A stretch of 63,998 nt of DNA, the filler included, from Perkinsus olseni (Eukaryota): NCBI GenBank assembly GCA_013115125.1. It is 3 parts of 3 records of this genome, joined end to end, with 100 filler letters (N's around TTAATTAATTAA, not from the genome) between each part and the next. Parts side by side here need not be neighbours in the genome. Positions count along the whole stretch, not along the records: positions 23,210 to 46,149 come from JABANN010000527.1; positions 46,250 to 63,998 come from JABANN010000635.1; 1 more part is not named here. The stretch is one strand, 5' to 3'. Shown one piece after another: positions 37,301 to 49,800 of this stretch. Both the position numbers and the translations under genes were made by a program. Position 1 is the stretch's first letter; each line of letters starts with the position of its first letter. Under the pieces are notes generated by a model. The model searched no databases, was not told where the DNA came from, and worked only from the letters and a program-made list of their open reading frames with translations.

Positions 37301-40300
37301 TCTCCCTACCACACCAATAGTAACTCATCCCACTTCCGAGGATACCCACTTCTCAGTCCTCTCAGCTTGCTCAGCCTCTCTCGCGTCCGCCAGCATCCTC
37401 TCCAAGACTTGTATTTGACCACGAAGAGTTGCAACTGTGGCTCGCAAAGATTCTATCTGAAAACGCAGTCCGCTCGAAAAAAGTATCTTCCCATCCGTCC
37501 GACCTCTCCCCGCAATTCCGCTTCCCTCCTCTGCCCTGCCTGCTTCTCAGCCTCCATCGCCTCTAAAAAAATATACCCTTCACGCTCCTTGCAATCAACA
37601 ACAACATCCTCAAAAATTTGATCGATAATTAACGATGGAGCTGCCGGTCTATCATACTACACAAAAATAAAAACTTGAAATATTTATAAATTAAAAATTC
37701 ATGATGATACTCATTATCAATACCGGATACCAGTAGGAACTAAAAAATACCGAAATACTTTCGCTAAAGCATCAAGTATCATGGAAAAGAGAAGGACAGT
37801 ATATCGAACTTCATTCATTTCGCCAACACTTCCTCTCTAATCGACAAAACGCCTAATAAATACAAGGCGCCGATATATCGACATACCCATTTTTCGTCGA
37901 AAACACCGGGCCACAAGTGACAATGCAATAACGCACCCTTGCGTATAATATCCCTGATTATAAGTGTCATAATATTGTTATCTATCCAACTTCATTCCTC
38001 CCACCAAGAGTTCCTTTCTAAGCGACAAAACGTCTAAAGAACATTCTTCGCTCCAATACAAGGCGCTGCTCTAGCAAGGTTATCGTACACCAAAGCCCAT
38101 CCTTCCAATTGCAAAATTACAGCACAGTAACCCACCCCTGAGCATATCTCTTTCCTTCTCCGTCTCCTCTTGCTGCTTCCTCAACTCAGCCATCACTTCC
38201 TCCATCTGCCTCGCTTTCTCAGCAGCTTCTTCCAACTCCCTTAGTGCCTTCACAACAATACCGTGCACTCCATTCCGGAACCAACCAGTTCGATGATTTC
38301 CCCGTGGAGCGGTAGGAAATTCACGGGCAGCTCTTCTTAGACCAGAAGAAGATTCACGGGCAGCTCTTACTTACTAATAAATTATTAGTATTATTATTAT
38401 ATTATTAGTATATATAGACGTATAGTGAGTTACTATTAGTATTATTAGTAATAATACTAATAGTAACTCACTATACGTCTCCTCTCGTTCTGAGCCGATT
38501 TCGGCCAGGCAACGGACCAACAACCGGCAGGCAGTCGGCTGTTTATAAGGTCGGGGTGCTCAGGTTAAGTAACTCAGCGCTGGGCTGAGTTTTTTTTTCG
38601 CACATCATTCGGCGCATCCACAAACAATAATCAAGCCTCCCCCATCACTCACCACAGCGTTGGCATCCCGTCCACTTTCCTCCCCAGCCACCACCAGTCG
38701 ATCCACTTCCTTCTGCAGCACTTCCTCTCTACTTCTCGCCTCCTCCAACGCCGCCTCAGCCTACTCAAAATATATATAATCTCGATAGGAGCGCTGGCCT
38801 ACCTTCTCAACTTCCCTTCTGAGACTCTCCAGCTCAGTCTCGCGAGATTTCAGCCCTTCCAAAGCTTCCGCCAAGGATTTCTCCAGAGCGGCACACCTGA
38901 ATTGGCAACGCCGATTTGCGTTAGGAAAGAGCAAGATAGCAAGATATGGCAGCCACGCCGAAATCACCTCTCTTCAGCAGCTTCCAGTTTCGCCTGAGCT
39001 TCTCGTAACTCCTCCTCTCCTCCGACCGACTCCGCCGCCTCTTCCACCACTGGTGGCGGTTCTTCCTTCCTCGCGTTGTCGAGTTCTTCCCGCAAATTTT
39101 GAGCCTCTCGCTTCGCTCCGTCTACTTCTCGCTGCATAGCCGCCAATTTTCCTTCCAGCTCCGCAACCTGGCAAGATACTACATACTCGCGTGTCGTTTT
39201 TCTTCTCGACAGAAGAGCGTATCATGTCGTCATTCGGCGAGTCGAATCATTAAAGCGCTGCCCCAGGATTTGCTGAGTCCCGCCCTGAGCCTCATTTTTG
39301 CATGAGGTTGCATCTTCTTCGTGACGCACAGTATGAAAAATCAACTCCGATCAACGCTTCCCCCATCACTCCCTTCTACGACGGAAAATAGGAAAATCAA
39401 CACCACTGATAGAACTCCTCTCGGTGATACATATACCGATATGCTGATACCCACTATAAACACAGACTCTTGAGCTCAAAATACCGAGAAAGATACCCCA
39501 GCAGACGGATGTAGCAGACGGGCGTCTACTACATTTTCCTGCCACTTAGTTCGCTCCTGCTTCACCCTCTCATCAACCGTTCCCTCCAAGCGGCTTCGTT
39601 CGTCCTGAGGAACCAAGAGTAGCGAAGGACGTAATATACTTGAGCTCAACCAGAGATGGCTTCATCATCACTACTAAATCAACGATGGGAAATTCACGAT
39701 GAAGCCAAAAAAATTATTCTTCTTTTCCTGAGGAACGAAGGGTAGCGGAAGACGTGATAACCTTGAGGTTTTGCCAGATGTTACTTGCTACTACCAAAAC
39801 TACTAGTACAGACGGAACACCATAGTAGGCAGCAGTCTAGTCCGGGAAGAACGCTGCAACGACGGAACTTTCATAGAAAATTAACGATGCGGCCAAAAAA
39901 CGAAAATTCTTCCGGAATTTTCACCCTAGGCGCGAGAAATGAGCAATTGCCGATGGCACCACTGGAGAGCGGCAATTCCGAAGAGCAGAAAATCAGCTTA
40001 AAATGGTTAATAACGGAAGGACTTCCAAGTCACCTCTGATGCTTGTGCAACCGCGACCTCAACTTCCTTATCGATGCGCGGCTGGACATGCTCGCTGATG
40101 ACCCCTGGGTGGACCTAACACAGTGACAAGGAAATGTTATCGGACACAAGCTCGTCGACAGTGACCTAGCAAGTTGGTCATGGGACGGTGATACATGGTA
40201 TATCGAAGAACCAGAGGCCTGGCTACCAATCGTCAACTTTAACCGCCACGAGGCAGCCCACTAGGGTCTACCGTGATAGACCTATCTCACGAAAAAAAGT

Positions 40301-42892
40301 GAGGCTATCGCCAAATTCAGCGTTCACCTTAGTAACCGACCCTCGTGACCGCGCGCCACGAAATACAAATACTGGACTAATACATCCACAGCATGTGAAC
40401 CCCTTTAAAAAATAATAGAACATCGCAGGTTTAGAAAATTTCTCGGAGACTATTGCGATTCATTGCCTCTACGCTTACCAAAACAGTTTGCGTTTATAAT
40501 ATCTGTCCTGTATGATGAAGGCCGCAAAATTTCCCAGCGAAAATCCCCTGGCCATCCGATAACCCACCTCGGCGAAGGCGGCAAGCACGTCCTCGGGACG
40601 GAACTTGTTACACAGCTCGGTGACTTCCTCCTCCACTGACAGCGCATGGATGAGCTCAGCTCGAACTTGCACGACCGAAGGCTTCCTGAGAACCCAAAGC
40701 AAATCAAATTGGGCTGCCGAGTGGCGACTATGAGGAACTCTTCCAAAAAATTTCTGCCCATCGCTTCAAAAAGGAGCGAAATTCTGTGATCAATCCCAGT
40801 TTTCGGCCTCGGCCATGGACGAAGATAAGGTCGTGATAGTCGCGTAAAATAAAGGCATGATGGCGAAGCTCTATGGGGCTACGTAGATTTTGCCTCTCGC
40901 AAAGTCACCTTAAAAATTCTGTCATCAGTCACAGGCGGGCGCATGCGTAGCCTTGGACGAAAATGAATCTTCCCGCGCGGAATGCAGTCACGACGAAAAG
41001 GCTCACTTTTCTGTTAATCGCCTCTTAGCTTCCTCTTCTTCCTCCCGCTTCTTCAACTTCTCACCTGTGTATCAAATCTGTGGCATGTGGCAAAAGAGGA
41101 AACCTCCGACCGTGAACCATGGCACACAGGCAGTGACGTCACCACGAGAGCCCCCTCGAGAGACTTCTCATTTCAGCGCGTTCGAAGACCCCGGAGTTCT
41201 ATCACTATTCCGGCGAGCCTTACGAAGGCCATCCCTGGCGATGATGCTCTCCAGCTCAGCGTTGATGTCTTTCAAATTGTTAAATCTCGTCACCCAAAGT
41301 TCCACCGATAACTTTATCTTGTCATTCAGCAACCTGAGAACAGAGATCGGATCTGGACTCTGCACGTAAACCCTCGGACTCCGCGGGAAGAAGCAAACTG
41401 TGCGCTTTTTCAAGGACGGGAAACTTCTATTTTTATAACGCTGATAGTCCTATCTTATGCTAATAACGAACCGCTCAGAGAGACCGGCTGCAAAATTGTG
41501 GGAGCCAGAGTGCAGCGAGCTAACCGATCAACAACCCAAGGCCAAGACTTTCGACCAGCTCTTACTCTCTGAGTTCTTCCTCTATGAAGTCGGTCGGATC
41601 GAAGTAGTAGGCCTCATAAACATCATCTTCCGTGTCTTCTGAAGACAGCAAAAGGCATCTTAAGAGGGAAGAAAGCCCACGACGACCCGTTTCATTTTTC
41701 AGTCGGGAAACCACAACTCACGCTCCGCTCAACAGCACGGCTCAACTCAGAGAGGCACAAATAGTTGACTAATTTTGAAGTAATATCCGAGCTCAGGACT
41801 CTTAAACTAATCACGTGAAATGTCAGATACAAAATCGATTCTGAGATTCAGATTGAACAACGTGTCACTCTGCTCAAACCCAAGGAGCCCTCGACCAGCA
41901 CCGGCTGAACTACGCTTACCATGGCCACGGGATTGTCTTTGGCGCTTTAGGTAAATTTGATTCCTTAAGTGCGTGAGCTCTCGGTAGTAGGCCAGTCGAC
42001 AACGTGACAGGAGACTGAGAATAATAGACTATCGAAACCGAAGCCAGCATTAGACCAAGCCACATACTGCGACCTCGTCAAGCGCCAGTAAGGACCTTCT
42101 AGATCTGCTCTCGCTCAGCTAGCCACAATCAGGACGAGTCAGGAGGTCACCTCGATCGTTCAAGAAGGGCCTCCTCGACCGTCTGCATTCTCTCGACGAG
42201 AGCTTGGTTCTGCCTAAGGATAGCGTCGTGATACCGCACGTTTCGCACGGGTATCTGAATTGAAGCAATGCCCTCGATGATCCACACCAACCACTCTACC
42301 GTATCGAGGCAGAGAGAAAGCACGCCGTCGCAGAGGTTGCTGAGGACGTTATCCACCACGTCCGTTCGAAGATCGACTTTGGCGAAGTTCCGAAAAGGCA
42401 GGTCGTCCAAGTCGAGCACCTAAGAGTCTAGCGATGGAAGATGCTCGTTTACAGTGGAACGACGTACGTTGTCAGCTGCTTGCATCAAGGGGTAGTCGAC
42501 CCGTGCGGGATCGATCGGCTCGCCTCGTTGAAGCCTCTCGGATATTTCCCTCACGCACTGTCCGAGCAGCTCCACCAACTTTGTCTTGTGCTCGGCGACG
42601 CACTTCTCGAGCGACTTCGATTTGCGTAGTCTCGATCGTGCAGCTGCTACTAATTGCTCTTCATTTGGTTTGACGTGCCGAGGCGTGTCAATTCCCTCCG
42701 TCATTAACAACCATTTGCTAGACAAACTGCGATAGGAGCGTTCGACTCGAGAGAAGCCAAGTCGAATTCGACCGATGATCATCGTCATCAGGGAAGCGCC
42801 TCAATCGACATGAGCCAATTCGTAGATCACCGGAGGAGGAGCGGAGAATCTTCAATGGCGACCTCAGTTTCCGGGCGAGCGCTAAATAACAT
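34313..42892 (-). CDS. Large multi-exon coiled-coil hypothetical protein (possibly two genes; may extend to ~43730)
   Basis: A chain of GT-AG-bounded exons rich in E/K/R heptads, e.g. ALRELEEAAEKARQMEEVMAELRKQQEE, LEKSLAEALEGLKSRETELESLRREVEK and DERSRLEGTVDERVKQERTKWQEN. Ends are uncertain. Confidence 0.55.
37178..37213 (-). pseudogene. tRNA 3'-half-like fragment inside an intron
   Basis: Minus strand TGCCGGAGGTC-CCGGG-TTCGATT-CCCGG-CGGAGGA-A gives a perfect T-arm/B-box and a 3' acceptor strand. No matching 5' acceptor strand was seen. Confidence 0.5.
38416..38480. repeat. Perfect palindrome, 32-bp arms, 1-nt centre, intronic
   Basis: AGACGTATAGTGAGTTACTATTAGTATTATTA-G-TAATAATACTAATAGTAACTCACTATACGTCT. 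Confidence 0.95.
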
Positions 42893-43218
42893 GCTTTTCG
42901 AGTTTTCGCGCGCGCCCAATATCGCCAAGCGCGGACTCGACAGAGGGCACAGAGGGCTAATCGGCCAGCTGATGCACATCAACGTCGATTTCTAGCTGGG
43001 GCCGTATGTGGATCCTGATGCGTGCATCGCTACCCCTGAGTAAAATCACCCTGTGATCCCGATGCGTGAGTAAAATCGGGTAGTGGTGCTGAGTACGTGA
43101 GTCGGATGAGTCATGCTTAACACAGCGCGCTACGCTTGAAGTGGCATTCTGGAGAGTAGCGGGAAAGGGTTCTTCTGGAGCACGGACGACTCGAAGACAA
43201 ATCCAGCCATACAAACAT

Positions 43219-43290
43219 AGCCACTTGCCAGGACTGAACTGACGACCTTCTGCTTACGAAGCAGACGCTCTACCACTAAGCTAAAATGGC
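43219..43290 (-). tRNA. tRNA-Thr(CGT)
   Basis: Full cloverleaf GCCATTT-TA-GCTTAGTGGTAGAGC-G-TCTGC-TTCGTAA-GCAGA-AGGTC-GTCAG-TTCAGTC-CTGGC-AAGTGGC-T with anticodon CGT. Confidence 0.92.
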
Positions 43291-44523
43291 CCATGCAAAT
43301 TTCTGTCCAGATACTAGCTGCCCCCGGGACAAAGTGCGCTCTCCTACCGAAGAGTTATGCAATCTTACCAAGAACCGGCAGCATTCGTCAGGATTGATCT
43401 GAGGATTTTCTGCTCGGCTGCCAGTCTTCCAAACTTGAGAATCTCAATGGATCTTCAATTCTCTGCTCTTTAACCCGTCTGACTATGAAAACGAGCAAAG
43501 GAAGGATAATCCCGCGGAGATCAACTCAAGGAGCGAAGGTCGCCGCGCGAGCCTTCCTCTTTCCTTGCTTCTATCTACCAGGGAGAAGACTTTATCCGAT
43601 GAACTAGCGAGATCGTACACGCTGGCCAACACTTTGCCCTTTGTGGTCCGCCCTCGCCATCAGACGTGACGTCAGCCCAAGCGGTGAAGTCTTCGCGGAA
43701 CTTTCCGACCAGCGCCCGAACGCATTCGAATCTCGTAAGATTCCCTTTGTGGGTAGATTACAAACTTAGCAATACCAAGCGAAAAGAGAGATGCCGTGTT
43801 GTGCCGTTGGGATTTCTAGTCTCAATTCTTAGTTCTCTGCGCGTGGGTCAAGCTTCTTTGTCGTCGTATCATCGCCAAGAAGTTCCATTATAGATCTTCG
43901 CTTGGACAATCACACCCAGTCCTCATCCTCGCAGACCGCGAGTCGCGGTGATCAGGACGGGGAAGGAAGATTTTGGAAGCGTACGGGGTTGTGACGACGC
44001 GAGTCACGAACGACGCTTCACGCGATCACAATTACATTCAACGCGTAACCAGTCGAGATTTGATCGACTACTGTACGAATAGCAGGCAGGTCATAACCTC
44101 GGGATGAACTCTTCGCCGATATTCGATCACCACCGAAGCCATCACCTCCCGTGGCTTCCCTCGTGTTGCGGAGGTACAGACGCTCGCCGACAACCCGCGC
44201 GTACACATGATGACGGGACACCGCATTCGAAGCTAGACGATGTAGTCACTACATTGCATAATACAATGATTGTATTGGAGACACCGCGGCGCAATTGAGT
44301 GCTTCAAGAGTGGTGCACGACTGGTTTTCAACCTGTGATGAATGCTAGGTGAAACAGCTCCGGCATACAAACGCATGTTACACAAGCGTGTCTAGAGACG
44401 AGTCTTTGACCATCAACAGTTGCTAGCGTCACGCTACAAGAGTTCGAGCCCGTTTAGTAAACAGTGTTTTCTACCGAGCTCGCTAGTTAACTGATCTCTC
44501 TATAGCATCTCCTCGGCTCTTGC

Positions 44524-45408
44524 ATGACCCTCAAGACTCCCAACTACGAGAAGGACCACGTCTACGCGTAAGCCTCGAGTGAGTCCTCGCTGGGACTCTC
44601 TGATTCGTTGTGTGTTAAGTACGTGCTTGTGAATCATCATGGTGACGGCAAGGCCTCATCGGCCAGCCACTTTTGTACCAAGCTTCATATTTGGCTCGAG
44701 CTCGCGGGGTTGCCGTACACCCTTCTCGCGGCGAACGGGCCCGATGGTCCCTACGGTGAGTTGTGGTTGAACTTTATCGACGTCTCGTTTTTATCTTTCC
44801 TTCAATATTCAGGAAAGGCCCCCTACATTGAACTCAACGGCCAGGTTTACGGTGATTCCAGTGCTATTGTGAGGATGCTCTCGGAGAAGTACAAGAAAGA
44901 CTTGGACGCCGACCTCACTCCCGAGCAAAAGGCAATGAGTGTTGCCGTCCAGCGAATGGTCGAGGAGCACGCTTACTTCCTCAGCATCGCCGACATGTCA
45001 TTGCAAGAAGGCGCCTTCGATGTCCTCGTGAACAAACTCATGAAGCTATCTACTGTCGCCAAGTGGGTCTTCCCGACCTTTCTGATGCGCAGTCTCAAAG
45101 CCAATTTGAATGGTCAAGGCATTGGACGCCTCCCTGAAGCTGAACGCCGTCAAAGAATGGAGCAAGATATCGAGGCACTCTCGGTTATCCTCGGCAACAA
45201 GAAGTACTTCGTGAATGATGAGAAGCCTACTACCATCGACGCTACTGTTTTCGGTTATCTATGGTCCAACTTTGACACTGATTCAGAGTTCACTAAGTTC
45301 ATGTCTTGCTGTGAAGAGTGTAGGAAGTACGATAACTTGATGGCTTACTACAATCGTATGCGTGAGATGATGCTGGCGTCCGCCGACAAGTGGGCCATAA
45401 AGGCGTGA
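44524..45408 (+). CDS. Glutathione S-transferase-like protein, FAX/metaxin family
   Basis: Motifs SASHFCTKLHIWLELAGLPY, GKAPYIELNG..YGDS, QRMVEEH and LGNKKYF..KPTTIDATVFGYL. First exon is MTLKTPNYEKDH(VY), with an in-frame intron at ~44756-44812. Confidence 0.88.
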
Positions 45409-46077
45409 AAAAATCGAATTTTATCATTTAAATTTCATCGATTTTGTTTTTTGCGATCGGTTGTGTTCGCCTTAAGTGGATTTAGGGAGTTACAATTGCC
45501 TGGTGGCAATCCGTCGAATATTCAGGAGGTCGATGTTGCGCAGCCGTTGCTTTGCATGGGTGACGAATCCTCCTACCGAGAATAGGCTTTGAGAGAAAGA
45601 TTCCACTCAGTTATAGGCCATAGTAGGCATTCCGCAGACGATGAGATCGCATGTTGTCTCCTCTTCATGATGAAGAGATCACTTTGAACTGAGGGTTATT
45701 CAGTTCATCGATGAGAGTGCCCGGTCTGAAGCGGCTTGATGCTGCGGTCAGCAGAATCATAGTGGAAGGACCTTGCCTGTGGTTGGTGTGCGCCGCTACT
45801 GTAGAATCAGGCTCGGACAGCGTGACGCGCTCCATGACGACAGAACTAGCGTGCCCGCATGCACAACCCAGACTGGAGCCTTCTCAGATAACGAGTCCGG
45901 TAAGTTGAGCGCACGGCGAGGACATGTCGGCACTTAGTAGATTGCAGTAGTCGCCCGCTGGGCGCTGCCGGAGAGGCAGAATCATCTCCAAAGTATTGTG
46001 CAACCCGAGCTAACTTCTTGCGCTTTCATTCGTGTCGCCAAGAAGAGTTGGTAGTTCAACCTGGGAGTTTCGTCACA

Positions 46078-46149
46078 CGGTTACCATACATCTGTACGTA
46101 TTTTCATCCGTACGTATTGACATCTGTACGTACAAATCGTCGCGCGCCA
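46078..46149. repeat. Tandem CAT(C/T)TGTACGTA-like repeats at the contig end, probable terminus of another foldback element
   Basis: Starts with CGG, then three ~15-16-bp-period CATCYGTACGTA units, and is cut by the gap. Confidence 0.45.
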
Positions 46150-46249
46150 NNNNNNNNNNNNNNNNNNNNNNNNNNNNNNNNNNNNNNNNNNNNTTAATTA
46201 ATTAANNNNNNNNNNNNNNNNNNNNNNNNNNNNNNNNNNNNNNNNNNNN
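46150..46249. other. Assembly gap with artificial TTAATTAATTAA linker
   Basis: N-run, linker at 46194-46205, N-run. Confidence 0.97.
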
Positions 46250-46437
46250 CCACAACTCCGACTCCTACTACTGCCACTCCTACCACCCAGGCGGCTACCA
46301 CTCAGGCCGCGACAACCGCGGCTATTACTCAGGCTGCGACCACCCAGGCGGCTACGACTGCGGCCCCTAGTTCCCAGGCTGCCACTACACAGGCTCCTAC
46401 TACTCAGGGTTCTACGACCGCGGCTCCTACTGTGTAG
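46250..46437 (+). CDS. C-terminal fragment of a mucin-like Thr/Ala/Gln-repeat protein
   Basis: TTPTPTTATPTTQAATTQAATTAAITQAATTQAATTAAPSSQAATTQAPTTQGSTTAAPTV*. The 5' part is lost in the gap. Confidence 0.65.
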
Positions 46438-46886
46438 GTGCCCAGCTAAGTCTTTCACGTTACGAGCTTGAGCGTATAGTGGAACTATGATCTCGAGCGT
46501 TGTAGTCCATTCATTTCGTGTAGCAGATGCTACCTCCTGCCCGGGATTCCTGGGCGATTCATCGTATATCTTGGACTCTGAATCTTGGCACTATCTTGTC
46601 ATTCCATATGATTTGAGACGTGAGTCGTGCATGCTACCTCGTGAAGGTTTCAAAATGTTGTTAAGTTGTGTTCAGTCGATCTCACTTGCTGATTCAAAGG
46701 GCGGTTTCCCATTATTGAGCGTACTTTGAGAACAGCAAGTGGCTGGAGTCTGATGGGATATTTCGATGTAGGAGGTCGCTGAGATTTGTTGTTGATTCAG
46801 GGGACGGGGGAAGTGGTAGAGCATGGAAATGGCCCTGTGATCGGTGTAATTTGAGCACTGCAGGCGGTCCTTTAGCCTAACTTGCG

Positions 46887-49800
46887 ATGTCTACCGAGAA
46901 GGAAGGGCAGGGATCTCGTATTATTGTCAAGAACCTCCCTAAGTAGTAATCATCTCGGGAATAGGTCTCGGTTTCGATTATCTTCGAGAGTGTGGCGTCA
47001 ACTAGGTCTCGTTATTCCGAACACAGCGAATGGTGTATCAGGCATGTGGATGATGCCCGATTGAAGGAGTTCTTCTCGGCTCATGGCGAGGTCACCGATG
47101 CCCGTGTTATGAAGACGAGAGAGGGGCGGAGTAGATGCTTCGGTTTTGTTGGGTTCCGATCTCCAGGTAGTTGGGCGATTCTCCCGCAACTGTGAGTGGT
47201 CTCGGTGGTGCGCGTAGCGTCGTCGCGCAATACAGCCGGCTCGGGGGCTGTGTGGATCTTTATTGATCTTTAGCTGAAGCCAAGAAGGCGTTACGAGCAG
47301 TTGACAAGACTTTTATGGACACGAGTCGATTGCAGGTAGTGATAGGATAGCGGGCGTTAGATAGCGCGCTCAGTAGACGACTGTTAGTCGGAGCTCGGTG
47401 ACTCTCTCCACTATGAAGCTTCTAGGTTGCTATGGCGCTTGCAGCACACTCTTCGGGGCTGCCGAGAGCTTGGAGTAAGTATTCCAAGGCGGAACAGAGT
47501 GCACAGGAGCACCCGGCGACCGGGGCCCATCACAACGCACCAGCTGTGAAGTCGCGGGAGGAACGCCAAGCTGAGGAAGAAGAACGTCGAAACGCGGTGA
47601 TCGCGGGTAACGCTGAGGTAGTAATGGTACGGTCTAAGAGAGGGCGGATCAATGCCGCGGTCAAGCACGTTTTGGTATCCGATGCAGCGAATGACAGAGA
47701 TTAGCGTCCCGAAGAGGTTATTGCGGGCTGTCGGCATTTGTAGAGGAGTTGATCGGGTGGAGTCGGAGTTGTCGGTAGACGTCTGTATTCTCCAGAAAGT
47801 CGAGCATGTGGGCGTTCGGAGAGGCAAGGCTGGTGTGGCAAGCGTGCGGACTCATGTGGCCTTCAAGGACGAAGATGATGACTCTTCTGACGATGAAGGA
47901 AGCACCGTTGAGGGTGAACAGTAATAACGAGCTCAGACGAGTTCCAGCCCTATCGCTCCACATTGGGAGTCGCGCTACTGCTGAACCCATCAATTACTCA
48001 GGCAAGATGCCCAAACGTTGAACTTCGAAGCCGCTGATGACCACCAAGCTGCTCAGAGTGGCTTCGGTGGGGGTGGGAGCGATATGGAGTAGGTGGGGCT
48101 ACCTTCTGTGGGCACTCTATCTCTTTTTTAACAGTGAGCCATCGCGAGAGGGGTGGGTTACTTCGCGTTTGTCAGTTTCTTGCGGAGTAAGATGGTCTTG
48201 TCCGAAGATAAGGAAGACCATGAGGCAGCGGAAGATGGGGAGGAGGTAGTCAATCTACGGTTGTTCGCGCCGATGTTTCGGCGAATGAACATCGTGAGGG
48301 TTTTTGGATTCGGTACGGTAGCACCGACCGCCCGACTACATCGGGGGCTTGACGGATTCAAGGGAATTCCTCTATACCCGAACCTTCCGAGGCCTGTCTC
48401 TCAGGATAACGAAGAAGCTGAAGGCGAGAGCGACGCTGGTGGAGAGGATTCTGATGCCGTATTGATGGACACCGCGAGGCTGCTGCTGGTCAATTTACCC
48501 TACATTGCGACAGAGGATGACATAAAGAAGGCTTTTCAGTAGTTGGCGGGTGCTGAGCAAATACCAATCCAACAACTTGCCGAGGTCTCTCGTTGGGCTC
48601 CCGACTGCTGGTTCCGTCGTACGGTGAAGTCGCTGGATCGGGCCCTGTGATTCTTGGATGCTTCGGAGATCGTCCGCAAACCGCGTGATTCGTTGGTTTG
48701 TCCAGGAAGTTCGGGTCCATCGAGGATGTGGTGGTACTGAGGGATGAGGACTCCAAAAAGTAAGAACGGCACGCTGCTTGAACTGTCAGCGAGCGCTTTG
48801 CAACGCTGGCGGGAGTACCATCGGTCGGTCTTCACAGGTCGCGCGGCATGGCCTATGTGACCTACCTCTTTCCCGAACATGCTGTGAGAGCGAAAGCGGA
48901 AATGCATGGAAAGGTAGGTGGTCGTTCTTCGGTCTCTCAAGCATCGGATGAAGCATCTCGTGTAGTTGCATATCTCCTATGGCATCCTCTGTAGGTTTTC
49001 CAAGGCCGCGTCCTGCGTATCAAGGCAGCTCAAGCTCGACCAACGAAGCATGTCGAACGTGACGAGAAGCGATTGAGTCGTAAGCAAGAGCAGCTGAAGA
49101 AGAGGAGGGAGAACGCGGAGCAGCACACTTGGAACCTACTTTTCGTATCTGCCAACTCCGCGGTCAGCGCTGCTGCCAACAAGCTTGGTTTGACCAAAGC
49201 TGATGTAATATTTCCGTAATATTTTTGGAGGTTGTAGCCCGCCGTGAATCGAACAGAGCGGAGCCGGCGACGGTCTACTCCGATTGAACCGGAAATCCTG
49301 TGATGTTTCGGTTCTGTGACAATCCGGTGAGGATAGGTACTGCTCACGCAGCTGAGACTCGTCATTGATGAATCCTAGCTAAATAACCGCTGCCCATATT
49401 GGTCGTGATAGGAATGAGTAGCTTGGATTCTTGCTCTTCCAGATCATGGATGTCGAAGCTGATGACCTAGCTGTCCGAGCAGCTGTTGGTGAGACTGAGG
49501 TTGTCCGAGAGGTCAAGCAGTGGTTAAAGGAGGAAGGAGTGAGAGTCGACGCTTTCGAGAGGAAAGGTAATAATCGTCTGCTGTGTAGAGTTATGTCGAA
49601 TCTCGCTTATGGTGTACTTAATTAACTAAGCGGTGGTACAACATCACACTACTATTATCTCGAGGTACATCTTTACTGACATCAAAAGCGACAACTTACG
49701 ACGCTGAGGCAACTAAGCCTGGGAAAGGGAGCAAGGGGGAAAAGCCAAAGCTTGCTAGATCTAAGGATACGCTCATACTCAAGCATCTTCCGGCGCAGTC

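Noticed and set aside
38461-38477. ACTCACTATA resembling a T7 promoter or vector
   Set aside because: It does not match TAATACGACTCACTATAG upstream, and no other vector sequence is present.
38571-38598. Bacterial rho-independent terminator
   Set aside because: The context is a eukaryotic intron, so it is kept only as part of the intronic cassette finding.
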